A DNA stretch of 64,000 bases. It comes from Candidatus Zambryskibacteria bacterium RIFOXYD1_FULL_40_13 (GTDB lineage: Bacteria > Patescibacteriota > Minisyncoccia > Phycocordibacterales > DATDWN01). The translations under genes and the position numbers were made by a program. The notes under the pieces were generated by a model. The model was not told the DNA's origin, searched no databases, and saw nothing but the letters and a program-made list of their open reading frames with translations. Below are positions 18,609 through 28,366 of this stretch, piece by piece. Position 1 is the stretch's first letter. Every line of letters begins with the position of its first letter. The stretch covers positions 73,354 through 137,353 of the forward strand of contig MHWY01000002.1 in assembly GCA_001824295.1 (NCBI GenBank), given 5' to 3'.

Positions 18609-20480
18609 TTATACTGAATTCACATTCACTTGATAACTTTCGACTTTTAACTTTTGACTAATGAACACATCATACCACAGTGCCAGCATGAGTAATAAGT
18701 ATATTTTCCTTGAATTATCAACAGTTTTCGCGTTGTGGTCATTTATTATTGTTTGTATATAGGCCATATCCATGTTCTCTTTTATATACTTATTATTCAA
18801 TATCCTCTGATAAACGTCAGGTCTCTCTGCATTAAACCAGTTTCTAACCGGAGTTGGAAAACCTAGTTTTTTCCTGTTTCGTGTGGTTTCAGGAATGATT
18901 TCCTTAAAAGCCTCTCTTAGAAGGTATTTAGTTACTCCATTGTGCCATTTAAGGTGGTCAGGAAGAGTTTTGGCTAGGCTAGCTACATCCTTATCTAGAA
19001 AAGGTACTCGTAGCTCTAGGGAGTTAGCCATTGTCATTTTATCGGCTTTTGCCAATATGTCCCCGACAAGCCAGGTATTTATATCAATAAACTGCATTTT
19101 TGAAGAATCACTAACACTATTTATTTTTTTATACAGTGGTGAAAGTGAGAGCGGTTTAATTTTCCTGCCTTTCCAAAGCAAGCTGATTTCTTCTTTTTTG
19201 AAAATTGAAGCATTGCCAATATACCAGTCTTCAAGTTTATTATGCGCCCTTCTTATATAGTTTTTTCCAAAAAATGGAAAAGGAATCGTGAGCGCTATCT
19301 CGAGAAATTTTCTCGGTATCCAGGAGATTTTATTGTATGCAAATGGCGCAAGATAAATATTATATCCTCCAAATAGTTCATCTGCACCCTCGCCCGATAG
19401 AACTACCGTAACGTGTTTTCTCGCTTCTCTGGCAACAAAGTACAGACCAATTGCAGAAGGGTCAGCAACAGGTTCATCAAAATGATAAACGGCTTTTGGA
19501 AGGATGCTGAAATACTCGTCAGCACTAATTTTAATCTCTGTGTGGTCCGTACCCAGAAAATTAGAAGTTTCTTCGGCTTCCCTACCTTCAGTTAGGTCAT
19601 CGAAGCCTACGGTAAATGTCTTTATTTTCTTATCACCACAAATCTTTTGCATTAGTGTGGTAATTATTGAACTATCTACACCACCAGAGAGAAATGCCCC
19701 AACAGGAACATCGGCTATCATGTGATGCTCTACGGAATCCCTGATTATTTCTTGTATTTTGGTCGTTGTCCTGGCCTCTTCTAGAGTCTCATCTTGATTA
19801 AACTCAAATGACCAGTACTTTTCAATGTGACTTTCGTTGGTTTCTAGGTTGATTGATAGATAGTGACCTGGTGGTAATTTGTACACATCCTTAAAAAACG
19901 TCTCAGTAAGAGGGTTATACTGATATGACAGATAATTTACTACGGCCTCGTCATTTACTTCTGGTTGAAATTCTGGCAGGGCTAAGAAACTTTTAATTTC
20001 TGAGGAGAAAGCAGTAATTTGTCCATCTTTGTTTACAAGGTAATAGAGTGGTTTAATACCGAAGAAGTCTCTTGCAAGAAATATTTTCCTTGTCTCAATA
20101 TTGTAAATACAAAAAGCAAACATCCCACGTAACATTGGTAGCATTTTTTCTCCGTATTCCTCAAATAAATGAAGAATAACTTCCGTATCAGTTTGGGTTT
20201 TGAAATGGTAACCTTTCTCCTCGAGCTCTAGCCTAAGTTCTTTATAGTTGTATATTTCACCATTTAAAAAAATAAGTAGCTTTTCATCAGATGATGTTAT
20301 TGGTTGTCTGCCAGTAGAAAGATCTATGATAGATAGCCTTCTCATACCAAGACCAACCGACTTATCAACATAAAAACCATCATCGTCTGGTCCACGATGT
20401 GTAATCTTTGCAACCATACCCGTAATTGCTTTTTCTATATTCTCGATTTTTGGGTCTATGACACCTGCAATTCCACACAT
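18609..20480 (-). CDS. asnB: Asparagine synthase (glutamine-hydrolysing)
   Basis: The N-terminus is MCGIAG (an Ntn amidotransferase Cys2), and a PP-loop SGGVDSS is present. Confidence 0.9.
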   Translation of the reverse strand: MCGIAGVIDPKIENIEKAITGMVAKITHRGPDDDGFYVDKSVGLGMRRLSIIDLSTGRQPITSSDEKLLIFLNGEIYNYKELRLELEEKGYHFKTQTDTEVILHLFEEYGEKMLPMLRGMFAFCIYNIETRKIFLARDFFGIKPLYYLVNKDGQITAFSSEIKSFLALPEFQPEVNDEAVVNYLSYQYNPLTETFFKDVYKLPPGHYLSINLETNESHIEKYWSFEFNQDETLEEARTTTKIQEIIRDSVEHHMIADVPVGAFLSGGVDSSIITTLMQKICGDKKIKTFTVGFDDLTEGREAEETSNFLGTDHTEIKISADEYFSILPKAVYHFDEPVADPSAIGLYFVAREARKHVTVVLSGEGADELFGGYNIYLAPFAYNKISWIPRKFLEIALTIPFPFFGKNYIRRAHNKLEDWYIGNASIFKKEEISLLWKGRKIKPLSLSPLYKKINSVSDSSKMQFIDINTWLVGDILAKADKMTMANSLELRVPFLDKDVASLAKTLPDHLKWHNGVTKYLLREAFKEIIPETTRNRKKLGFPTPVRNWFNAERPDVYQRILNNKYIKENMDMAYIQTIINDHNAKTVDNSRKIYLLLMLALWYDVFISQKLKVESYQVNVNSV

Positions 20481-20523
20481 AAAAACAGTATACCCCCAGA
20501 TGGAAGTTTCTCCAAATCGTGCT

Positions 20524-21468
20524 CTAATTTAGCCCTGTTATGTAATTCTCTGTTGCTTTGACAAGCTTTGCAACATCTTCAAACCTACCATCAATTGATG
20601 AGCCCAAAACAACTATGACTATTGGCCTACCAATTGAGTGGTCAAAAGCAATAACAAGATTACCACCAGCTAAATCAGTGTATCCTGTTTTTGAAGCGAG
20701 CAATCCTCTGATTTTTTCTACACCGACATTTGTGTTTTTTGCCGAATGAACCATCTCTGTTGACGGAATATTCATCGCTTTATATTTTGTTGCCTCTAAT
20801 ATTTCAGGATGGTGTACCAATATGTACTGCATTAGTTTACTAACATCGATGGCCGAACCATAACCACCCGAGGTTGCTCCATCGTCTAATCCACTCTCGT
20901 TTATAAAGTATGTTTGTTTCAACCCTAACTCCTCTGCCATTTCGTTCATCTTTGTAATAAAGCTTTTTCTGCCCAAATCATAGTCTGGGCTTTCCAGTTG
21001 TGTTGCACCAATAACTGAAGCTATGGAACGAGCACCATCATTAGATGAGACCAGAAGTGAAAAATCTAGAAGGTCTTTAAGCTTCCAAGACTCATCCACA
21101 AGTAGTCCAGTATCTCCCTCTTCTGCAAGAAAATCTTTTCTTATGGTGATTTGAGTATTTTTTGGTAACAGTTCCGTAGCTACAAGTGCAGTCATAAGCT
21201 TAGTAATAGATGCGAGTGGTAATTGAATAAATTCATTTTTCTTATATATAACCTCATTTTTTACAATATCAAAGACATATGCAGAATCTGCCTCTATATT
21301 TACATCAGCAAATATTCTTTGGCTGGTTTCTTCGTTATATGTTATTACTTCTTTTGTAAATGGTTTATTTAGCGCTCCATAAATTGTAAAGACCATAAAA
21401 ACAATAGACACAACAAGAAGTGCATTTAGAACAAGGAGTTTTTTTGTAATATGTTGTTGCTCGTCCAT
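20524..21468 (-). CDS. D-alanyl-D-alanine carboxypeptidase (S11, PBP5/6-like)
   Basis: The product has SITK (SxxK), SSN and KTG motifs and an N-terminal membrane anchor. Confidence 0.85.
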   Translation of the reverse strand: MDEQQHITKKLLVLNALLVVSIVFMVFTIYGALNKPFTKEVITYNEETSQRIFADVNIEADSAYVFDIVKNEVIYKKNEFIQLPLASITKLMTALVATELLPKNTQITIRKDFLAEEGDTGLLVDESWKLKDLLDFSLLVSSNDGARSIASVIGATQLESPDYDLGRKSFITKMNEMAEELGLKQTYFINESGLDDGATSGGYGSAIDVSKLMQYILVHHPEILEATKYKAMNIPSTEMVHSAKNTNVGVEKIRGLLASKTGYTDLAGGNLVIAFDHSIGRPIVIVVLGSSIDGRFEDVAKLVKATENYITGLN

Positions 21469-21475
21469 ATAAGTC

Positions 21476-22045
21476 TTAGTTATTTGCTGTATCTAGGTCT
21501 TCTTCCTTTTCTTCAGCAACATCTAGCTGTTGACGCAGCTCATTATACTCAGGTAATTCAGAAATATGGCTTAGACCAAGAAATCGTAAAGCATCAGCTG
21601 TTATATTATAACCTATTACCCTCATATCTGTCTCGCTATTTTTCTTCTCTATAAGACCTCTTAACAATAAATTCCGTAAAGAATACTGAGAATTCACACC
21701 TCTGATATATTCAATCTCCTTCTTACTAACCGGTCCCTTGTAGGCGATTATAGACAATGTCTCTATTCCAGATTTTCCTAAATCTTTTTCTCTCTCTTCT
21801 TTAATTATTTTTTCGATTGTTTCTGAATATTCTGGTGCTGTAGTAATAAGAACCTCATCGTTGTGAACCACAAGTCTCACACCCCGCTCGGACAAGGACT
21901 CGGCAAGACTCTTAGTAGCGACCAAAACATCCTCCTTGGATATATCCAGTGTTTTAGCCAGAAAATCAATACTGACCGGCTCAGCCAAATAAAAAAGTAC
22001 CGCTTCTATCTTATTCACTAATTGTCCTTGGTTTTCTTGCATCAT
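21476..22045 (-). CDS. scpB: Segregation and condensation protein B
   Basis: The product has ScpB winged-helix repeats. The gene lies downstream of scpA. Confidence 0.88.
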   Translation of the reverse strand: MMQENQGQLVNKIEAVLFYLAEPVSIDFLAKTLDISKEDVLVATKSLAESLSERGVRLVVHNDEVLITTAPEYSETIEKIIKEEREKDLGKSGIETLSIIAYKGPVSKKEIEYIRGVNSQYSLRNLLLRGLIEKKNSETDMRVIGYNITADALRFLGLSHISELPEYNELRQQLDVAEEKEEDLDTANN

Positions 22046-22091
22046 GAATTTACTTTACAAACTTTATAACTTTTTACTTTTAACCTGAAAA

Positions 22092-22820
22092 TCAATATTT
22101 TGGAACACCAATATGTTGATTTTCCATCTGTATATCCTGAAAATTATTATCTTGCCTTACTCTTATAATACCCTGTTTTACTAATTCTAGCATAGCAAGA
22201 AAACTAACAATAACATTTACCTTCTCTGCCTTGCCTACACCGGCGAAATCCTTAAAACTCATTCTCATACTTTCCGTAATTCGCAGAGTTAAGTTCTCCA
22301 TCATTTCCTCAAGTGAAATAACTTTTTCTACAATAGCTTTCGGAACAAATTCTTTTTTTGGTATCTCAATAATTACAGATTTTACTGCTTCAAAAATCGT
22401 ATTTACTGTTACGCTCTCGTCGGGAGCGAAAACAACAATTTTTTCCTTTGAGGGTTGGCGGAGATACTCAACATGGATATTAAATCTTTCTTTTAGATGT
22501 CGGCTTAACTCCTTATATTTTTGATATTCACGCAACCTTGCTTCCAAATCCTCAATATTGTGCTCTTCCTCTTCAGAAAGCACTAGGTTAGGAAGAAGAG
22601 ACTTTGACTTTATAAGCACTAGGGTTGAGGCAATCAGAATAAAATGTGCAGAATCAGCGATTGGAAAATCATCAAAGCTCTTTATATATGCAATATAATC
22701 ATCAGCAACCTGTGCTAGTGAAATATCATTTATAAAAAGCTTCCTTTTTTCAATAAGAGAAAGGAGGGTGTCGAGTGGCCCCTCAAAAATGTGTGTTTTA
22801 ACTTGATATTCCGAATCCAT
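22092..22820 (-). CDS. scpA: Segregation and condensation protein A
   Basis: The product has the ScpA-like N-terminus ...FEGPLDTLLSLIEKRKL... (kleisin). Confidence 0.88.
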   Translation of the reverse strand: MDSEYQVKTHIFEGPLDTLLSLIEKRKLFINDISLAQVADDYIAYIKSFDDFPIADSAHFILIASTLVLIKSKSLLPNLVLSEEEEHNIEDLEARLREYQKYKELSRHLKERFNIHVEYLRQPSKEKIVVFAPDESVTVNTIFEAVKSVIIEIPKKEFVPKAIVEKVISLEEMMENLTLRITESMRMSFKDFAGVGKAEKVNVIVSFLAMLELVKQGIIRVRQDNNFQDIQMENQHIGVPKY

Positions 22821-22851
22821 ATAGATTAATTTACAAGCAGATGAGGTGATT

Positions 22852-24144
22852 TTAAGGATTTAAACGTTTAACATCACGAGGCAAATATGTCGCCTCCCTA
22901 ACATTTGGCAAATCAAGAATCTTCATAACAAATCTTCCTGGGCCTATTCCAGCACCACCGTGAGGAGGACAGCCGTATCTGAAGAAATTTATATAATCCT
23001 TCAATGGTTCAAGAGACATGCCCTTATCCTCTGCTTGTTTAATCAAAACATCCACTCTGTGCTCCCTTTGGGCGAGTGTCGTCACCTCAATCCCTTTGTA
23101 CAAGAGGTCAGCCCTTCTTGAAAAATCACTTCCCTCCTTTAGTCTCATGTGGTAAAAAGCACTTTTTGATTTATGATACTCAGTGATAAAAACAAAATCA
23201 TGGTTTTTTTCCTTTTTGACATGCTCACAAATAACTCTCTCTTCTTCAGGCGAAAGGTCGTATGGCTCTGCACTCTCAACACCAAGCTTAAGAAGAATCT
23301 CCTTAGCTTCTATCATAGTAATACGAGGAAATGGTCGCTCAGGAACAGAAATGTTTGTATCAGGAAATTTTTCAAGCACCGACTTAAATCCTTCAACTAT
23401 CATTCCCTCTTCCGCATCCATAACATCATTATGAGAGTCAATATATGATATTTCGAAATCCCAACCTGTAAACTCTGTTAAGTGCCTTGTAGTAAAAGAC
23501 AATTCTGCCCGAAAAACTGGTGCAACCATAAATACTCGCTCAAATCCACTGGCCATACCCATTTGTTTGTAAAACTGTGGTGATTGAGCTAGATATGCCT
23601 TCCTGTCAAAATAGTTCACAGTGAAAACATCTGCACCAGTTTCTGAAGCGGTAGACATGAAAGCAGGTGGGTACAACTGAACAAAGTTATTTTCATGCCA
23701 ATATTTTCTAAAGCCCTTTTCTAATTCAGTCCAGACTTGAAATATCCTAGTTTTTTCTGGTTTCCTTAAATCTAGCCAGCGGTAGTCGAGTCTTGTTGGG
23801 GCTTCTGTTTCTTCGTCTCCCCCCTTCATCACAACGGGAATTGGTAGTTCAGGATCCGCAACAGAGAGTACCTCAATGCTTTTAACAGAAATCTCGAAAC
23901 CACCCATAGCTTGTTTTGCTTCCTTGACAGTACCAGTTATTTTTACCACTGACTCATGTGAAAGGTTCTTTGCTGTTTCAAAAGATGTGCTACTTGTCTC
24001 AACAACATTCTGAATAATACCCGTTACATCTCTAAGAAGAAGAAAAATTATTTTGCTTTGCACACGAAGTGTGTGAACAAAACCCATCACAACCACCTCC
24101 TTGCCAACATGCTGACCAATCTCTTTGTTGTATGTTCTTTTCAT
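22852..24144 (-). CDS. aspS: Aspartate--tRNA ligase, archaeal/eukaryotic type (class IIb)
   Basis: The product has class II motifs (FRAE, GGAGIGPGR) and an N-terminal OB domain. Its ~430-aa length fits the archaeal-type AspRS. The start was moved to ATG 24144 (MKRTYNK), downstream of the T-box terminator. Confidence 0.85.
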   Translation of the reverse strand: MKRTYNKEIGQHVGKEVVVMGFVHTLRVQSKIIFLLLRDVTGIIQNVVETSSTSFETAKNLSHESVVKITGTVKEAKQAMGGFEISVKSIEVLSVADPELPIPVVMKGGDEETEAPTRLDYRWLDLRKPEKTRIFQVWTELEKGFRKYWHENNFVQLYPPAFMSTASETGADVFTVNYFDRKAYLAQSPQFYKQMGMASGFERVFMVAPVFRAELSFTTRHLTEFTGWDFEISYIDSHNDVMDAEEGMIVEGFKSVLEKFPDTNISVPERPFPRITMIEAKEILLKLGVESAEPYDLSPEEERVICEHVKKEKNHDFVFITEYHKSKSAFYHMRLKEGSDFSRRADLLYKGIEVTTLAQREHRVDVLIKQAEDKGMSLEPLKDYINFFRYGCPPHGGAGIGPGRFVMKILDLPNVREATYLPRDVKRLNP

Positions 24145-24147
24145 AAT

Positions 24148-24380
24148 ATTTCCAATGGAGAAACAAAAAAGCCCCTCCGAATTCATTTAATAATAAATTC
24201 GCAGGGGCGATTTCGTTCGCGGTGCCACCCTGTTTTGTTCTCTTTATTTGCATATCGGAGCAAATCCGGAAGATTCTACTTGCCTCTTTAGAGACTTTCT
24301 TTCTTCACCTCACCGGTGTTGGCCGGATCATAGGATTAACTACATTATATAAACTCTGATAAGAATTGCAAATACCTTTT
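24148..24380 (-). promoter_or_regulatory. T-box riboswitch leader of aspS
   Basis: The minus strand contains the canonical T-box sequence aacAGGGTGGCACCGCGaacg (plus strand 24218-24231). It is followed by the terminator GCCCCTGCGAATT...AATTCGGAGGGGC + TTTTTTG and then the aspS ATG. The specifier codon was not resolved. Confidence 0.6.
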
Positions 24381-24383
24381 GCA

Positions 24384-25367
24384 CTAGTATAGCTTAACCC
24401 CTATTGAGTTACGGACTTGCTCCATTTTCCTCTCAGCCTTTACTTTAGCTCTTTTTCCACCATCCTTAAGAACATCTAGTACGAAATCCATATCATGGGT
24501 AAGCTGTTCTCGTTTTTCCCGTAGTGGTGCGATAAATGCCTCAATATTTTTTATTAGCATTTCCTTTGACTCTTTGTGACCCATTCCCCCTTTTTGATAT
24601 CGCTCTCTTAAGACAAGTAGCTCATCCTGCTTAGCAAACAACTTGTGCAATTTGAAAACATTGTCTTCGTCCGGATTTCTTGATTCGGTAATTGGTTTGG
24701 AGTCTGTTGGTATAGACATAACCGCCTTTGTGATTTCATCCAATGTTGCAAAAAGTCCGATAGTATTTCCATAACTCTTGCTCATCTTTTGTCCGTCAGT
24801 TCCTGGCACCACAGCTACTTCTGGCATAATTTTGGATTCAGGTAGTTTAAACACCTCTTCTTTGAAAATAAAATTAAATTTTTGGGCGGTGTCTCTGGCA
24901 TATTCCACATGTTGTTTTTGGTCCTGACCCACCGGCACCACATCTACATCATAGAGCAAAATGTCGCCAGCCATAAGCATTGGGTAGTTAAATGTTCCAA
25001 CACTTATCTCTTTGTCCTTTGCTTCCGCATCCTTGTATGCATGCGCTCGCATCAAATATGGCATTGTTGTTATGGTATCAAAAATCCATGCCAACTCTGT
25101 GTGTTCAGAAACATCCGACTGTTTGAAGATTATTGATTTCTGGGGGTCGAGACCCAATGCAAGGTAGTCAATAGTCAAATCAAGGATGCTTTGATTTAGC
25201 TCCTCCTTATTTTGAATGAAATTAAGCGCATGATAATCAGCCACCATATACATGGCCTGATAGTCATCCTGTAAGTCCACAAATTGCCTCAACGCACCAA
25301 AATAATTACCAATATGTGGTCTACCTGTTGGTTTTACACCGGATAGCAATGTTTTTTTACTACTCAT
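24384..25367 (-). CDS. trpS: Tryptophan--tRNA ligase
   Basis: The product has HIGH-like (PTGRPHIGNY) and KMSKS motifs. Confidence 0.95.
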   Translation of the reverse strand: MSSKKTLLSGVKPTGRPHIGNYFGALRQFVDLQDDYQAMYMVADYHALNFIQNKEELNQSILDLTIDYLALGLDPQKSIIFKQSDVSEHTELAWIFDTITTMPYLMRAHAYKDAEAKDKEISVGTFNYPMLMAGDILLYDVDVVPVGQDQKQHVEYARDTAQKFNFIFKEEVFKLPESKIMPEVAVVPGTDGQKMSKSYGNTIGLFATLDEITKAVMSIPTDSKPITESRNPDEDNVFKLHKLFAKQDELLVLRERYQKGGMGHKESKEMLIKNIEAFIAPLREKREQLTHDMDFVLDVLKDGGKRAKVKAERKMEQVRNSIGVKLY

Positions 25368-25384
25368 CTTTATATTGTATCAGA

Positions 25385-25440
25385 TTTTGTTTAAAACAGA
25401 AAAGTCCCAAGCGCAGAGGGCGCTTGAGGCCCTCCTGCTT
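25385..25440 (-). terminator. GC-rich intrinsic terminator after the ClpP-like gene
   Basis: The hairpin gcgccctctgcgc/agcaggagggcc is followed by CTTTTCTGTTTT on the minus strand. Confidence 0.45.
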
Positions 25441-25450
25441 GAGACTGCGT

Positions 25451-26017
25451 CTAAACTCGAGATGGATCACGAATGTCCTCTTCTTTCACGATGACTTGGT
25501 CAAGCAACCCAAGTGAGAGAGCATCACCCACGGGTAGCTGACAGTCAAGCTCGCACATTTTACGAATTTCTTCGTGCGATCTTCCTGTTCGGTTGACGAG
25601 AATTTCGTCGAGTTTTTTCTGGTCGGCCTCCATCGAATTGATGTAATCGGCAAGCATCATCGGATCTCTTGCCACATCAAGCCTGAACGCAGTACTTGTA
25701 ATGTGGTGGACCAGTATTCTGGAATGGGGCGTTGCTGTGCGCCAATCACAAGCCTGGAGAATCACTCCAGAGATTGAGTTTGCAATGCCATTCACAATAC
25801 CAATCTTATGTCCGACGTAGAACCTCAACAGATCGAAGATATCAAGTCCGGCAGTTACGTTACCGCCCTTACTTGTTATGTAGATCGTAATTGGCGGGGA
25901 GCCTCTTATGAGGAGGTTCCAAATCGCCGAGGATACGTACGCATGGGTTTCTGTCGTGACTTCTCCAGAGATGGACAATCGGTTCTGCGACAGAGCAATC
26001 GCTTGATCCTGTGTCAT
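25451..26017 (-). CDS. ClpP/S14-family serine peptidase (GC-rich, acquired-looking)
   Basis: The product contains ITSKGGNVTAGLDIFD (a ClpP signature), a candidate Ser (GIANSISG) and a candidate His (ILVHHI). It has an AGGAGG SD. The GC content is about 50% or more, against a backbone of about one-third. Confidence 0.75.
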   Translation of the reverse strand: MTQDQAIALSQNRLSISGEVTTETHAYVSSAIWNLLIRGSPPITIYITSKGGNVTAGLDIFDLLRFYVGHKIGIVNGIANSISGVILQACDWRTATPHSRILVHHITSTAFRLDVARDPMMLADYINSMEADQKKLDEILVNRTGRSHEEIRKMCELDCQLPVGDALSLGLLDQVIVKEEDIRDPSRV

Positions 26018-26099
26018 GGGGCCTGCCTCCTTGGGGGTGTACGGTCTAAGCTAACAATATGTGAGTTCAAAATTTTAGTCAAATATCGTGCATGTTTAG

Positions 26100-26134
26100 A
26101 CAAAAGAAATCCGCCACCCAAAGCTGGGTGGCGG
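26100..26134 (-). terminator. GC-rich intrinsic terminator after the ABC exporter (ccgccacccagctttgggtggcgg + TTTCTTTTG on the minus strand)
   Basis: A perfect hairpin plus T-tract lies directly downstream of the gene ending at 26148. Confidence 0.6.
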
Positions 26135-26147
26135 AAATTTACGCAAC

Positions 26148-28028
26148 TTACACAACAATTCCCTGGTCGTCAGCGAGCATCTTGAAAGTTCTGGAGATGC
26201 CGTAGAGTTCCTCAAACGACGAGGCTACTGCCTCAACCTGAGTGTCGCCATTTGTCAGCTCGTCGCTAGACCTGAGAACGACAAACTTGTCGCAGAGGTG
26301 CCTAACAGTAGAGAGCCGATGAGCAATGACCACCGCTGTGACATTCCCCGACAGAAGCTTCTGTAGCCCGGCCTGAACAAGCCTCTCGGTAGTTGAGTCC
26401 AAGCTTGATGTGGCTTCATCGATGAGCATCATTCGAGGACGCTTGATAGCGGCAGCTCCGATGATGAGCCTCTGTGCTTGCCCACCAGAGAGCTTGATTC
26501 CGTTTGTGCCAACTTCGGTATAGATGCCGTTCGTCAGACGCTTTCCGAAGTCAATCTGGAGGTCACGCATGAGGCTCCAGATTTCTGGGTCACCCATTTT
26601 CTGCTTTTCCTCATCACTGAGTGCATATGTCAGGTTGTAGCGGATACTTCCGTCGAAAATCTGAGCCTGCTGTGGAATGTATCCGAGAGTTCTAATCCAC
26701 GATGCGGAGTTGACCTGTCTCATGTCAATTCCGTTCACTAGGATTTTGCCGTTTGACGGATCCATCGAACGCAAGAGAAGTCGGGCCAAGGTTGACTTGC
26801 CTGCTCCTGACTGGCCGATGATTGCCACCTTCTGCCCAGCGTCTACCGCGAAGCTTACGCGCTGTAGTGCGTGTGGGTTTTCCTCTTCGTCTGTACTATC
26901 CAAGGTGGGGCCGTGTTCCGGGTATGTGTACGACACATCCTGGAACTCAATTGCTATCGGAGCATCCTGGAGGATTTCCACGCAACCCTCTGCATCCGTA
27001 GCTTCAGGTGGTATGGACAATGCCTCTATCTTGGCTTTGACGGCAGGCATGTTCCAGTTAATCATGTGTTCAATCCTGCCGATTTGCCACACACTTGATA
27101 CGATGGTACTTGTCCACATGAAGATAGGATACAAGTTGCCGATGTTCATGTGACCCTGCCACACCTGCCATGTGCCATAGCTAATGACAGTCATGAAGGC
27201 AAGCATGGTCGCAGTATCGCGAAAGGCGTTGTGCTTGATGAACCAGAGCCAGAACCTACGGTCATCCTTGAGGTTGTCGGCAAACTCGACCGACATCTCG
27301 CGAAGTTCCCTTGTGGACATGCCACTGGTCTTAACTCTCTCCACCTTGGACCATCGGTCAAGTCGCCTACGATTGAGAACACGGAAACGCTTGTCGATGT
27401 TTGTGCACTCCAAAACCACCTTGTGGTTAAGAAAGAGTGTCCATGTGATGTAAACCACGAACGAGAGACTGATTGCCAAACCAGAGACCGGTGAGACAAC
27501 CCAGATGAGAATGTAGGCAACCAGAAGAGTTGATAGAACCTGAAAACCTTCGAACAGGAGAAGCCCTTGAAGGTCTAGGAGTTTCCACCGACCCTTGTCA
27601 ATGTTGCCAACATTCAGAGTGCCACTGTGCTCAGCGTGTTGCCCCAAGGACTTCTCGAACATCATCCGTGTGATGTAGTCGTCGAGTGTACCCTGGAGAT
27701 AGCCAAGTATGAGCTCTCTGTAGGTGGCCTGCTTGAAGTGAAACAGTTTCTGGATTGCCATGAGCGCGAATGTCACGGCAATCCCTACCGCCACATACTC
27801 CCGACTTTTCTCCGCGAGACCGCGGAAAATTAGTGAGATTGTGAACGGGATTGTCATTTGAGTCAGGATGTTTGCGGACATGTAGCTAAACATTCTCCGC
27901 AACCATTTCACCTGCTCAGGCGATTCCAGAAACCTCCAAGTCCAAACAAGAACCCTTAGGGATTCCTTTGCACTTGAAAGGTATTCGGTAATCGTGGCCG
28001 GCGTTTTTTCTCTGTCATCGAAGTCCAT
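26148..28028 (-). CDS. ABC exporter with fused permease and ATPase (GC-rich island)
   Basis: The product has six N-terminal TM helices plus Walker A (GQSGAGKST), the ABC signature LSGGQAQR and Walker B (MMLIDEATS). The start was moved to ATG 28028 (MDFDD), which has AAGGAGG upstream. Confidence 0.85.
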   Translation of the reverse strand: MDFDDREKTPATITEYLSSAKESLRVLVWTWRFLESPEQVKWLRRMFSYMSANILTQMTIPFTISLIFRGLAEKSREYVAVGIAVTFALMAIQKLFHFKQATYRELILGYLQGTLDDYITRMMFEKSLGQHAEHSGTLNVGNIDKGRWKLLDLQGLLLFEGFQVLSTLLVAYILIWVVSPVSGLAISLSFVVYITWTLFLNHKVVLECTNIDKRFRVLNRRRLDRWSKVERVKTSGMSTRELREMSVEFADNLKDDRRFWLWFIKHNAFRDTATMLAFMTVISYGTWQVWQGHMNIGNLYPIFMWTSTIVSSVWQIGRIEHMINWNMPAVKAKIEALSIPPEATDAEGCVEILQDAPIAIEFQDVSYTYPEHGPTLDSTDEEENPHALQRVSFAVDAGQKVAIIGQSGAGKSTLARLLLRSMDPSNGKILVNGIDMRQVNSASWIRTLGYIPQQAQIFDGSIRYNLTYALSDEEKQKMGDPEIWSLMRDLQIDFGKRLTNGIYTEVGTNGIKLSGGQAQRLIIGAAAIKRPRMMLIDEATSSLDSTTERLVQAGLQKLLSGNVTAVVIAHRLSTVRHLCDKFVVLRSSDELTNGDTQVEAVASSFEELYGISRTFKMLADDQGIVV

Positions 28029-28116
28029 CTCACTCCTCCTTCTACACAAGCCCTAATTGTTGTTGAAGTTGTCAAAGAACTACTGTATCAGAGCAAAGCT
28101 CGATACACGGAAACTT

Positions 28117-28142
28117 AAAACGCCGCAGTACGCGGCGTTTTA
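28117..28142. terminator. Hairpin aaaACGCCGCagtaGCGGCGTttta (bidirectional-looking)
   Basis: A perfect GC stem is flanked by A/T runs between the methyltransferase gene and the ABC-exporter island. Confidence 0.35.
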
Positions 28143-28366
28143 AGTCTTCGAAGAAATTTTAGTTTCAAACACTTAGAACACAGCGTAATCTTTCCACATT
28201 GTTTGCGGAATTATATTTATTTGGAAGCACGATGAAAGAGACAAGCCCTTTTCTGCACGTGTTCCAGATATTCTTTTGGTTACGCAAGTTTTTCATTGCC
28301 TATTTATCATACATAAAATTAATTAAAAGTCAATCTAGTTATTGACAGATGATAAAGTGCAATATT

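Noticed and set aside
24145-24186. Longer aspS start (MNSEGLFCFSIGNI...)
   Set aside because: These codons are the 3' half of the T-box terminator hairpin and its U-tract. The downstream ATG (24144) is the plausible start.
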